Positions 1-9,192 of a DNA stretch of 64,000 bases are shown here, in pieces. The translations under genes were made by a program, and so were the position numbers. The notes beneath the pieces were generated by a model. The model made no database searches, had not been told where the DNA came from, and was given only the letters and a program-made list of their open reading frames with translations. Source of the stretch: a virus. Its lineage: Duplodnaviria > Caudoviricetes. Every line of letters begins with the position of its first letter. The first letter of the stretch is position 1. Location of the stretch: positions 24,043 through 88,042 of IMG/VR virus record IMGVR_UViG_3300033072_000326; one strand, written 5' to 3'.

Positions 1-1
1 T

Positions 2-1018
2 TCTGTTCTAGCCTCTTACGCTTACAAGTTCACAATCAACGGTCAAGAGCTGACATTCACCTCCGATAGTACACCAACTGGTGCTGAAATTGCAACTGGC
101 TTGAAAGCAGCTTTTGATGCAGCCTCTCCTGCTATTGTTGGTGTAACAGCTACAGTAGCTGGTGCAACACTTGTTCTGGCTGCTGCTAGTAGTTGGAGTG
201 TTAAAGTTGGCACCAATCTGTCCCTGACCTACGATGTTGCAACTGAAACTTGGACTGACGCTCTGAATGCTGTTGGTGCTGCTAACAACAACTGGTATGC
301 ATTTGCCGCCAACACCCACCTGAAAGCTGACCAGCTGGCTCTTGCTGCTGCTGTAGAAGCTCGCAAACAACTCTACTTCACTTCCAGCTCTGACAGTACA
401 GCCAAGGCAACCACCACCACTGATATTGGTCAAGCACTGAAAGACCTTGATCGTGATCGTACTCTTGTAATTTGGTCGTCTGTTGCAGACACTGAAGAAC
501 CAGAAGTGGCAGTGATGAGCAAGTTCCTGCAATACACTCCCGGCTCTGCTGATCTGTGCTACAAGCAATTCTCTGGCGTCACTGTTCAGTCTCTCACTGA
601 TAATGAAGTGGCTAACCTGAAAGCCAAGAATTACAACGTATACGAAACTGTTGGCGGTGTCAACATGTTCTCTGACGGTAATATGGCATCTTCGGAACCA
701 TGCGACAACATGATTGTATCCGACTGGTGTGAGAGCCGTATGCGTGAGCGTGTGTTCTTCAAGCTGGTTAATCTGCTGAAACTTGGTTACACCCGTTCTG
801 GTGCCGCAATCATTGAGAATGAAATTCGTGCTGTACACCAAGAAGGTGTGTTGTCCGGTGCATTTAGCCCCGATGTTCCTCCGATTATCTCTGTGCCAGA
901 CCCTGTAACTATTGACCCTAATCTGCGTGCTCAACGTAAGCTGGAGAACATCCAATTTGAGTTCCGCTTGGGCTCGGCCATCCGTCGCATTGGGATTAAG
1001 GGCACACTCACCGTATAA
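2..1018 (+). CDS. Contractile tail sheath protein (DUF3383-like), 5'-truncated by window edge
   Basis: Frame is open from base 2, upstream of the track start at 101. C-terminus has sheath-type motifs (NYNVYETVGG..F.DG, DWCESRM, I.I.GT) and it precedes tube, chaperone and TMP genes. Confidence 0.85.
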   Translation, partial: SVLASYAYKFTINGQELTFTSDSTPTGAEIATGLKAAFDAASPAIVGVTATVAGATLVLAAASSWSVKVGTNLSLTYDVATETWTDALNAVGAANNNWYAFAANTHLKADQLALAAAVEARKQLYFTSSSDSTAKATTTTDIGQALKDLDRDRTLVIWSSVADTEEPEVAVMSKFLQYTPGSADLCYKQFSGVTVQSLTDNEVANLKAKNYNVYETVGGVNMFSDGNMASSEPCDNMIVSDWCESRMRERVFFKLVNLLKLGYTRSGAAIIENEIRAVHQEGVLSGAFSPDVPPIISVPDPVTIDPNLRAQRKLENIQFEFRLGSAIRRIGIKGTLTV

Positions 1019-1030
1019 TAGGAGAATAAT

Positions 1031-1555
1031 ATGGCAACACAAACTCTAGCTACATTTGCCCCAGAAGACGTAAAGGTGATTGTTAGTCGTGGCGATTTCA
1101 CCCACGTAATTTCTGGCTACTCGGAAGATGCAATGGTGGGGATTGCCCGTAACTCCCCTACTTTTGAAATGTTTGTCTCGGCTGATAACCAATCTACCCG
1201 TGTATACAAAGCAAACACATCCGCCACTGTAACACTGACACTGAATCAAACCTCTGTGTCGAATGATGTTCTGTCTCAGCTTTATCTGAATGACAAAGCC
1301 TCTCGTAACAGCTCCGGTTTGTTTGAAGTGCAAATCTTGGATATGTCGGGTCGTTCCCGTTACACTTCCAAGCAAGCATTCATTGCTGTTGTTCCAGACA
1401 GCTCGTTCTCCAACTCTGTTCAAACTCGTGAATGGCAAATCTTCTGCGACAGCCTTGACACCATCATTGGCGGTAATGCTCTGATTGGTGAAGATGATGC
1501 TGCCACCCTGACAGCTCTTGGTGCAACAGTAGATGCTAAATGGCGTAGCAATTAA
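1031..1555 (+). CDS. Tail tube protein (DUF3277-like)
   Basis: SD AGGAG. N-terminal TFAPEDV.V....ISG motif; directly follows sheath. Confidence 0.75.
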   Translation: MATQTLATFAPEDVKVIVSRGDFTHVISGYSEDAMVGIARNSPTFEMFVSADNQSTRVYKANTSATVTLTLNQTSVSNDVLSQLYLNDKASRNSSGLFEVQILDMSGRSRYTSKQAFIAVVPDSSFSNSVQTREWQIFCDSLDTIIGGNALIGEDDAATLTALGATVDAKWRSN

Positions 1556-1572
1556 TATTTAGCTGTAAAGGT

Positions 1573-1606
1573 GAGGAAGAGGACATTGTTCCACTTCCTC
1601 CTTTTC
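1573..1606 (+). terminator. Rho-independent terminator after tail tube
   Basis: GAGGAAG...CTTCCTC stem followed by CTTTTCT. Confidence 0.6.
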
Positions 1607-1627
1607 TGTTATAACGTAAGCGTTCTA

Positions 1628-1655
1628 TTGACAAATAGAATTTTCATGCTATAAT
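1628..1655 (+). promoter_or_regulatory. Sigma70-like promoter
   Basis: TTGACA-16 nt-TATAAT with extended -10 TG. Confidence 0.7.
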
Positions 1656-1680
1656 AGAAAGAAAAGAAGGGACACAAAAC

Positions 1681-2196
1681 GTGTATACATATTCTCCTTC
1701 TGACGTTTCGATTCTAATTGCCGGACATGAAATCAGTGGACTGGCAGATGGAACATTCGTCACGATTGAACCAGAAGAGAAATTCTTCAAATCTAAACGT
1801 AATGCTGATGGCTCTATTTCTAGGACATTGCAACGTACACAACCACATAAACTAACACTGTCTATTACACAAACTTCTCCCTCAAACGACTATCTCAACC
1901 TTCTACTTAATCTAGATAAGACATTTGCTGATGCTATTGTTCCAGCTTACATTAAAGACTGGAGTAGCGGGACAAGCATTCTTATTGCTCAAATCTGGAT
2001 TGACAGCTTACCACAGATTGTCTACGCAAATGGGATGGAGATGCGTGAATGGGAGTTGTGCTTCACATCTGAAATCATTAGCTTGTCTGGTGAAAACCAA
2101 GATGGACTATATCAGACATTCCTCAAAACTGTAAGTAGTGGGTTGCCATCTTTTGACAATCTTCGCACTTATGCTTCTTCCTTGATTGGTGGCTAA
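1681..2196 (+). CDS. Tail tube-like paralog 2
   Basis: GTG start. TYSPSDVSILIAG..ISG motif shared with the 1031 gene. Confidence 0.65.
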   Translation: MYTYSPSDVSILIAGHEISGLADGTFVTIEPEEKFFKSKRNADGSISRTLQRTQPHKLTLSITQTSPSNDYLNLLLNLDKTFADAIVPAYIKDWSSGTSILIAQIWIDSLPQIVYANGMEMREWELCFTSEIISLSGENQDGLYQTFLKTVSSGLPSFDNLRTYASSLIGG

Positions 2197-2197
2197 T

Positions 2198-2764
2198 ATG
2201 GGATACGTTCGTACATACTCCCCAGAAGACCTCATCATTCAGGTGGGAGGTAATGAGGTTGTGGGATGGAACAGTGTTAAGGTGGAGCGCACAACACCTG
2301 TTTTCAAACAGATTGAAGGCATTAGAGGTAGTGTAGCTCGCGCACAAACACTACGTTCTTCGGCAACAATTACACTGTCTATCGACCAAAATTCAACATC
2401 TAATTTGATGCTAAATACGTTGTTGAAATTAGATGAACGTGGGCAAGGTAAATTGCTCAATGTGTTCATCAAAGATAGCACAATGCCTGCAACAGTTGGT
2501 GGAATGTTGGTTGATGGCGGTACAACAATTCAAAGCTTGAGCTGCTACATTGACGGCTATCCAGATGTTGAATTCACAGATGAAAGTGTGGACAGAGTTT
2601 GGACAATTAGAGCATTGTCTGTAACAACAATGAACATTGGTCAAGGGTATTCCATGCGTGAATACTTGATTGAGCAAGGATTGGCTGTTCTCTCTCCATA
2701 CATTAATTCTGCAACGTCTGCAATTTCTGAAAGCCTTCCAAGCATTACACGACTATTTAAATAA
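2198..2764 (+). CDS. Tail tube-like paralog 3
   Basis: TYSPEDLIIQVGG..VVG motif; ATG 1 nt after the previous stop. Confidence 0.65.
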   Translation: MGYVRTYSPEDLIIQVGGNEVVGWNSVKVERTTPVFKQIEGIRGSVARAQTLRSSATITLSIDQNSTSNLMLNTLLKLDERGQGKLLNVFIKDSTMPATVGGMLVDGGTTIQSLSCYIDGYPDVEFTDESVDRVWTIRALSVTTMNIGQGYSMREYLIEQGLAVLSPYINSATSAISESLPSITRLFK

Positions 2765-2782
2765 TTCAAGGAGCAAAGAATA

Positions 2783-3205
2783 ATGAACGAACTTCCTCAA
2801 ACAGAAGTGGTGGTAAAAGGTAAAACCTATCTGATTACAGCATTTGGTGGTGTAACATCTGCCAACTATTACAAACGATTGATGCGTCTTGTTGGCCCTG
2901 CGTTCGTAGCAATGCAAGGCGAAGGTGATGTGCTAGAGGGTAAGAGTGCAGCACAAGTGGCTATGGAAGTGCTGATGGATTCTACAGATAAAGTAGAAGT
3001 GGAGCCACTACTAATCGACTTGATTAAAGGTGCAACTTTTGCAGGTAAAACCATTGACGCTGAAACTCATTTTGCTGGTAATCTAGGCGGTCTTTTCACT
3101 CTTGTACTTGAAATTGTCAAGTTCAACTTTGAAGATGTTTTTACCGATCTCGTTACCGCCGTGGGTGGGGTGGTAGCGGGCAAGATGCTCAACTCCCAAG
3201 AGTAA
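2783..3205 (+). CDS. Tail assembly chaperone (G-like)
   Basis: 140 aa between tube genes and TMP; ends FNFEDVF, typical of this chaperone type. Confidence 0.7.
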   Translation: MNELPQTEVVVKGKTYLITAFGGVTSANYYKRLMRLVGPAFVAMQGEGDVLEGKSAAQVAMEVLMDSTDKVEVEPLLIDLIKGATFAGKTIDAETHFAGNLGGLFTLVLEIVKFNFEDVFTDLVTAVGGVVAGKMLNSQE

Positions 3206-3420
3206 GTAAGAAGATAAAAGAAGTAGAAGATAATTTGTCCGTTGACCCGATTGTTTTCACAATAGTTACATCAGAGAAACCTCTTGCAACTTATTGGGAA
3301 CTACACAATCGGTATACATTCAGCCAAATGCTTGATCTGTACGAGATGATGGAGGCAAGAGCCACTATTGCAGATGAGGCGCACAAAGAGGCTGAACGAA
3401 ACAGCGGAGGTGGTAGTTAA
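3133..3420 (+). CDS. Tail assembly chaperone frameshift extension (GT-like), -1 frame
   Basis: The -1 frame is open from 3133 to 3420, overlaps the chaperone end, and has a T5 run at 3138-3142. Confidence 0.6.
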   Translation, partial: RCFYRSRYRRGWGGSGQDAQLPRVSKKIKEVEDNLSVDPIVFTIVTSEKPLATYWELHNRYTFSQMLDLYEMMEARATIADEAHKEAERNSGGGS

Positions 3421-3424
3421 AATT

Positions 3425-3456
3425 GCCCTTGCCTTTATGGCAGGGGCTTTTACTTT
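3425..3456 (+). terminator. Rho-independent terminator before TMP
   Basis: GCCCTTGCC/GGCAGGGGC stem then TTTTACTTT. Confidence 0.65.
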
Positions 3457-3467
3457 TAAGGAATATA

Positions 3468-4910
3468 ATGGCTGAAAAAATAGCTGATTATTTTGGGCAG
3501 CTTGGGTTTAGAGTTGATGATAAAGGGTTAAAGGAATTTGTCGCTAAACTTGATGCCTTGGCTAAACAGATGAAGGGTCTGACGAAAGCAGCTGGCACTA
3601 CCAATGCAATACAAAAAGTTGCAGACGGAATGAAGTCTATTGGTGACAAGGCTAAGGTTGCTGGTGATGCTGTTGATAAAGCAGCAGATAAGATGGTGAG
3701 GGCTAATAAGAAGGTTACGCAAGCTCAAATAAAAGAGCAACAAAAACTGGATAAAGCTCTCAGCAGAGGTAACGCATCTAACCCATTAACAGAATTACAA
3801 AATAGAATTAAGGCAAACACAGCTAAACGAGCCGGTATGCAAGGTGGCGCAAGTGCTGCCGAACAAGCCCGTCTCGATGCTTGGTTTGCCGCAGCCGCTA
3901 AAAAAGAACAAGCGTTAATGCGAAGTAGCAGTGCTGCATACAGACGATCTTCTCTGCTTGGCAGTAGGCAAGTTGCGGGTATTGTTGGTGGTGCTAGTCG
4001 AAGTGTTGCTGCCAGAAGCGCAGCAGATGCCGCAGAGCTTGCACGTTATGAAGCTTGGTTTGGTAAGGCAGAAAGTAGAGACGCTGCATTAGGTATTGCT
4101 GGTGGTAAAGACTACCGTCGTTCTGTAAATGCAGGTCAAGCAAACATCCGTAGTGTAATGGCAGACATTCGTGCTGCAAAAGTACAACGAGAGAAAGCCA
4201 GTGCTGTTCGTGTTGACAGAGATGCCCTACGGGTACAACGTCGTGCAGAAACAGCTGCTCGTGAAGATGAACGTCGTTTCCAAAACCGCGTATCACGTAC
4301 ATACTCTCCCACCACATCTAAGCTGATGCGTCAGCAAGCTGACTTCACTAAAGTGCAAGAGCGGTATAACACAGCCGTAGCAACAGGTAATAAGTTGGAG
4401 GCAGAACGCTACCGCCATGCAATGAAATACCTTCGTTCAAACATTCGTGATTTGAACAGAGAGCGTTTCGAGAAGAACTTAGGTGTGTTCGGAAGAGCCG
4501 GTAGAGCAATGGGGTACGGCAGAGGTGCTACAGGTGCTCTCGCAATGCTTCAACCTTCTCTTGGTATGGTGGCAGCTGGTGGTGCCGCTGGTGCTGGCTA
4601 TTTCCTGACAGATGCTTTCCGTCAGACGATGGATATTCAATCGTACAAGCAGCAGTTTCAAGCGTTGTATGGTACGGAAGACTCTGGTAAAGCAGGTATG
4701 CAATCCTATCTGGATTATAGCAATAAGATGGGTACGAATGCAAGTAAGAACATGCAAGAATACCTACGTTTCATGTTTGCATCTAAAGATACAGTTGGTT
4801 TGGATACAGGTAGAGGTATTTACGAATCCTTCTCTGTTCTTGCTAAAACCCGTGGTGTAAAAGGTGATGCGTATAGCCGCTCCCTCACTTCCCTCTCACA
4901 AATGTTGAGT
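3468..4910 (+). CDS. Tape measure protein, exon 1 (481 aa)
   Basis: ATG at 3468 after AAGGA. Ala/Lys/Arg-rich helical sequence ending ..SLSQMLS at the intron 5' splice site. Confidence 0.9.
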
Positions 4911-4982
4911 TAACCCTTGGCTCAACTAAAACCTTATTAATTGCTGGAACACCCTAAAGACCCAGATACTCTTAGTCAGATG

Positions 4983-5011
4983 TTGACAGAGTGACAATTC
5001 TGTGGTATAAT
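4983..5011 (+). promoter_or_regulatory. Sigma70 promoter inside intron
   Basis: TTGACA-17 nt-TATAAT with extended -10 TG, 34 nt upstream of the HNH ATG. Confidence 0.75.
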
Positions 5012-5044
5012 ATGTTTTTAACATAGAAATGGGCAATCAGCAGC

Positions 5045-5704
5045 ATGAAACCACATCCGATTTATACAAAATACCTTATTACGCAAGATGGTCGAGTTGT
5101 AAACTCTATAACTGGAAAAGAGTGTAAACAACGAGAAAACGACTTTGGCTACATGCTAGTGTCTGTCGAAAAGAGTTCCAAAAGGGTTCACAGGCTTGTT
5201 GCAGAAACTTATTTAGAAAATCCTCAAAACAAGAGAGAAGTCAATCACAAAGATTGTGATAAGAAAAACAATCATGTTGACAATCTTGAATGGGTGTCTA
5301 GTAAAGAGAACAAAGCACACGCTTGGGAACACAACCTCTATTCAGACATAGCAGAAGACCATTATGCGGCTATCTGGTCTAACGACGAAATCCATCAAAT
5401 ATGTAAAATGCTTGAAGATGGTGTAAGTAATAAAGTAATTTCAGAAATAACGGGTATGCACAAAGATCAAGTGGCACACATAAAACGTGGCGACTTGTGG
5501 GCAAGTATTTCATCACAGTACAATATCATCAGAAAGTCAAAAGAACGTTGGTCTGATGATTTGATTGAGACTGTGTGTAGAATGTTATCTGAAGGTGTTC
5601 ATTACGCGGAAATAGCAAGAACTCTGTCACTACCGGACAGAAGCGTAAATAGGATACAAAACAGAAAACTACATACTCGTATATCGGATAAATATAAGTG
5701 GTGA
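5045..5704 (+). CDS. Intron-encoded HNH homing endonuclease
   Basis: VHRLVAETY...EVNHKDCDKKNNHVDNLEW HNH motif plus C-terminal HTH-like repeats; lies between Q and R (L6). Confidence 0.92.
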   Translation: MKPHPIYTKYLITQDGRVVNSITGKECKQRENDFGYMLVSVEKSSKRVHRLVAETYLENPQNKREVNHKDCDKKNNHVDNLEWVSSKENKAHAWEHNLYSDIAEDHYAAIWSNDEIHQICKMLEDGVSNKVISEITGMHKDQVAHIKRGDLWASISSQYNIIRKSKERWSDDLIETVCRMLSEGVHYAEIARTLSLPDRSVNRIQNRKLHTRISDKYKW

Positions 5705-5874
5705 TGTTCAACGACTATCGAAAACACGTAGAAATACGGAAGTGAGTAGAGTACACTCAAGCGAGTGGAAACATAAGGCACCGAAAGGTGAAGATATAGT
5801 CTGATCTTGTGTGAAAGCACAAGCTGCACGTAGTGGTGCGGGGGAGGTGTAGCGAGCCTCCTTGAACAACAATG

Positions 5875-6969
5875 AAAGGCAGCCTGATGAGCGAAGAAGT
5901 TAAGTCACAGTTTAGCGAACATATGGGAGGAGGTTTGTCCATCTTTGCTGAAGCAATTACAGGTAAGAAAGGTGTAGAAGCAACAAAAACCTTCATGGAT
6001 GGTATGAAGAAGGGTTTGTACGACAGTGCTAAATGGCTGCCAATTGTAGCTGAACGCATGAAGAAAATGGCGTATGAAAGTGGTGTTGTTGACAAGAGTA
6101 CAAAGAACCTTGAGTCTTCTGTCAACCGCTTGAGCAATGCTTGGTTTGAATTGATGTCCAACAGCGAAGAGAATGGATTGGGTGGTGTGATGGCTCGTGT
6201 CATTGACTACACAACAGAGAAACTTCGTGACTTGGATAAATGGCTACAGAACAACAAAGAGACGATTGACACGATTGGTGCTGCATTTGATGTTGCATTC
6301 GCAGCAGCTAAGTTGTTGTTCAACTATCTCGTAAGCGACACAGGTGTTCTCATCCTTCTCATCACATTGGCAAGTAAAGCCGGTAAGATATTGAAAGGGA
6401 TGTTGCCTATGGCACGTCTACTTCCATTCTTCATTCTGGCAGGTTTGTTCACCGAGATTAAGAGTACAATTGAAGGTGCAGACACCATCTTTACGCGGAT
6501 GGGTATTACAGCTAAGCAGATGGCTGACCACTTCGATAAGTATGGGAAGATGTACGGCATTGTTGGTGGTGCTGTAGTCGGTGCAAATACAGGCAAGGTG
6601 GGCGGTGCATACGGGGCAGCTGGTGGTGCAATTATTGGCGGTGTTCTTGGTGCTAACATTATGTCTGATGAGCAGGCACGCCGTCGCACTATCATCCGCG
6701 AAGCATTCAAAGAGAAAGGTGCAGCACTTTGGAACAATGCTAAGGTGATTAACAATGCACTTGGTGCAGGTATGACACCTGAAGAACTTCAAAGCATGGG
6801 TGCAACCCCTTATCAAATGAAGGCAGCCACAGGGGATATTCCACGCCCTGCAACAAAAGGCGGTGTTGTTATCAACGGGAATGTGAACGTAACAGCTGAT
6901 AATGTCGAAGCGTTCCAGAAATCTTTGGAAGCGGAAGCAGCAAAAGCAGGAGCAAAAGGTAAACAATAA
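5875..6969 (+). CDS. Tape measure protein, exon 2 (364 aa)
   Basis: KGSLMSEEVKSQFSE continues the tape-measure QM.SKG...EE motif; hydrophobic/Gly-rich segments. Confidence 0.9.
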   Translation, partial: KGSLMSEEVKSQFSEHMGGGLSIFAEAITGKKGVEATKTFMDGMKKGLYDSAKWLPIVAERMKKMAYESGVVDKSTKNLESSVNRLSNAWFELMSNSEENGLGGVMARVIDYTTEKLRDLDKWLQNNKETIDTIGAAFDVAFAAAKLLFNYLVSDTGVLILLITLASKAGKILKGMLPMARLLPFFILAGLFTEIKSTIEGADTIFTRMGITAKQMADHFDKYGKMYGIVGGAVVGANTGKVGGAYGAAGGAIIGGVLGANIMSDEQARRRTIIREAFKEKGAALWNNAKVINNALGAGMTPEELQSMGATPYQMKAATGDIPRPATKGGVVINGNVNVTADNVEAFQKSLEAEAAKAGAKGKQ

Positions 6970-7718
6970 TGAGTGCCATAAGTATTAAAAGGAAAAACGG
7001 CGACATTATCCATTTAACAGAGGTTGTGCGTTATGGGAAGGATTTTATCAATTCTGTAACAAACAACCCTGTCGAGAATGGTAGCAAGATTGCCGATCAC
7101 GTTCAAAGCGAAAATGCCCGTTTTTCAATTAACGGGTATATTGCTTGGATAGATATTACAAATCAAACAGGTATTACAGCAGGAAGAAATGTTCAATCAC
7201 AGACAGAGGATGTAACAATTCTTGGTCAAAAGGCTCCTACGTTGTTTGGTGGTGGTGAGGTGTATAGAGCACTCAAGGCTATCAGAGACAATAAAGAGCT
7301 TGTAGATATTATTGAAACATCTGTACGCTCCAGTGCCTTATATAGTCAATCTGGAACAGAGGGATTCACTCTTCACAAAAATTGTATACTTACTTCTCTG
7401 TCTTTTGACGAGGATAGTGAAACAGGTGATGGTACTAATGTTTCTCTTAGTTTTGAACAAATTCGTCTTGTAACACTTCGTGAAGTTGTGGTGAAAGTGC
7501 CAGTACAGTCTAAAGGGAACGGGGACAAGGGTACAAACAAGGGAAATAAAACGAGTTCCAACAAACCCTCCACTAACCCAGCAGCACAGGGTTCAAAAAC
7601 ACAGGATAAAGGTGAGCTGGCCGGTGGTGGAGATGATTTTGGAAATCTACAAAATACTGTAAAAGTGCTTGGTGACAAGCTTAAATTCAATACCAAAAAA
7701 GACACCTATTTTGAGTAG
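6969..7718 (+). CDS. Tail tube initiator / Dit-like baseplate protein
   Basis: Follows TMP; T.NPVENGS.IADHV motif and .FEQIR.V. Confidence 0.65.
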   Translation: MSAISIKRKNGDIIHLTEVVRYGKDFINSVTNNPVENGSKIADHVQSENARFSINGYIAWIDITNQTGITAGRNVQSQTEDVTILGQKAPTLFGGGEVYRALKAIRDNKELVDIIETSVRSSALYSQSGTEGFTLHKNCILTSLSFDEDSETGDGTNVSLSFEQIRLVTLREVVVKVPVQSKGNGDKGTNKGNKTSSNKPSTNPAAQGSKTQDKGELAGGGDDFGNLQNTVKVLGDKLKFNTKKDTYFE

Positions 7719-7722
7719 TATA

Positions 7723-7750
7723 TTGACTTATTTGAAATATGTGGTATAAT
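7723..7750 (+). promoter_or_regulatory. Sigma70-like promoter
   Basis: TTGACT-16 nt-TATAAT, TGTGGTATAAT extended -10. Confidence 0.6.
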
Positions 7751-7761
7751 AGAGGATATAC

Positions 7762-8130
7762 ATGGCTTATAATGATTTAAAAGATTTGGACACCTCTTTA
7801 TTGTCCATTCAACCTCTTTATTTGTTCCCCGATGTTTCGTATTCTTATACTACAACACTGGAACAAAAAACATACAAAATATCTATTCTATGGACAGCGT
7901 TTAGTGAGTCATGGTCTTTCTCTCTTTATGATGAAGACGAAGAACCAATCCTGCTAAATCAAGCTCTTGTCCCCTCGTTTCCAATTGATGTTCCAATACT
8001 AGCAGGGTTGGCAGGGTATTTCACTCTTGTACCCGTTGCAGATAATTCAGATGGGAAGTGGGACAATTTAAAATGGGATTTACATAAAAACTACAATCTT
8101 GTCTATGTAACTAAGACAGAATTAATTTAA
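7762..8130 (+). CDS. Baseplate/virion structural protein
   Basis: Position in the baseplate module; W.FSLYD....IL motif typical of these small proteins. Confidence 0.55.
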   Translation: MAYNDLKDLDTSLLSIQPLYLFPDVSYSYTTTLEQKTYKISILWTAFSESWSFSLYDEDEEPILLNQALVPSFPIDVPILAGLAGYFTLVPVADNSDGKWDNLKWDLHKNYNLVYVTKTELI

Positions 8131-8139
8131 GGAGATAGG

Positions 8140-9192
8140 ATGTCTGCAAACGAAGAATTTATCTATCTCGCAGAGGATGGTAGTAAGACAGAAGTGCCAG
8201 AGAATAGCACTTTGAATTTAGAGTACGCAGACTACTATCCTGAAGATACAACAGCATACCAATTCATGCGGATATATGAGTTGGTTATTGCTGATGGTTA
8301 CGAAAGTAAGGGCGTTGCCATTCAAGATTTACAAGTGAACTTCACCGTAAAGAAAGTGAGCAACGATGCTGAAACACCAAGTGAAGCTACTATCTCCATC
8401 ACCAACCTTGCCGAAGACACTATCAAAATACTGTCTAAGAAGTGGCCTGTTGTTAGCCTCAAGGTAGGTTATTTGAAAACGGGACTCAACTCCTTGTTTG
8501 TCGGGGAGGTGTATGATCTTGAAACTAAACGACAAGGAACAGATAGGATTACAACATTCAAAGCTGTTCCGTTGAAGAGCAAGGTGGATTATGAGTATGT
8601 CTCTAGTTTTGTACCTGCCGGTGGTACACTTGCAGATGCGTTAGAGAGTATTAGAAAAGTGTTAGGTGCTGCTAAAGGTATTTGGCGGAGCGATAAATTA
8701 AACTACTCTGCACCGTTTGGTTGGTCTGTGGCTGGAAGTCCTAAACAAGAACTTCAGCGCCTATGTGATGCCTACAATTTAGAATATCGCATAGAGAAGA
8801 ATGCTTTGTACGTTAATGATATTGCCGTCTCCTCTGATAGCACACTTTCTCAAGCTCCATTGCTTACATACGAAACAGGATTGCTTGAAGGGCCGTATGA
8901 CAGTACAACACGAATTAAACGCGGAAAACTCGACCCTCTTCGCAAGAAATCCTTCTACGTGAAAGCACTCCTCAACCCTTCAGTTAAAGCTGGTTGGATG
9001 GTGAAGATTAGCGGTACAGGGGATGACGATGGTGTCTACAAAGTAGAGAGTGCAAACTTCCGTGGAGATTATCGGGGCGGGGATTGGATAATGGAGCTTG
9101 ATCTTGTAACCACTGACGAGTTTGCAAAACTACGTGCAGAGGATGCACGCAAACAAGAGAAGAAAAAAGATAAGAAAGAAGAGGTGAAGTAA
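8140..9192 (+). CDS. Baseplate hub protein (gp27-like)
   Basis: VNFTVKK...SEATISITNL, LF.GEV, ALLNP.VK.G, G.YKV......GD..G.DW. Confidence 0.75.
   Translation: MSANEEFIYLAEDGSKTEVPENSTLNLEYADYYPEDTTAYQFMRIYELVIADGYESKGVAIQDLQVNFTVKKVSNDAETPSEATISITNLAEDTIKILSKKWPVVSLKVGYLKTGLNSLFVGEVYDLETKRQGTDRITTFKAVPLKSKVDYEYVSSFVPAGGTLADALESIRKVLGAAKGIWRSDKLNYSAPFGWSVAGSPKQELQRLCDAYNLEYRIEKNALYVNDIAVSSDSTLSQAPLLTYETGLLEGPYDSTTRIKRGKLDPLRKKSFYVKALLNPSVKAGWMVKISGTGDDDGVYKVESANFRGDYRGGDWIMELDLVTTDEFAKLRAEDARKQEKKKDKKEEVK

Larger units (their letters stand above)
4911..5874 (+). ncRNA. Group I intron, subgroup IA2 (964 nt), in tape measure gene
   Basis: P1 TTGAGT/GCTCAA with U.G at the splice site. P AATTGCTGGAA, Q AATCAGCAG, R TTCAACGACTA, S AAGATATAGTC. 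P3 CCTTAT 4932/ATAAGG 5773. P7.1, P7.2, P8, P9-9.2 hairpins and terminal G5874. Splicing restores QMLS|KGSLMSEE. Confidence 0.95.

Noticed and set aside
8-1042. 344-aa minus-strand ORF and many other antisense ORFs in the track (e.g. 1046, 10419, 19091, 23034, 29027, 62897)
   Set aside because: They shadow well-supported genes on the opposite strand, and have no SD or motifs
5872-6969. Independent 365-aa gene starting at ATG 5872
   Set aside because: The G of this ATG is the intron terminal G, there is no SD, and the sequence continues the TMP motif
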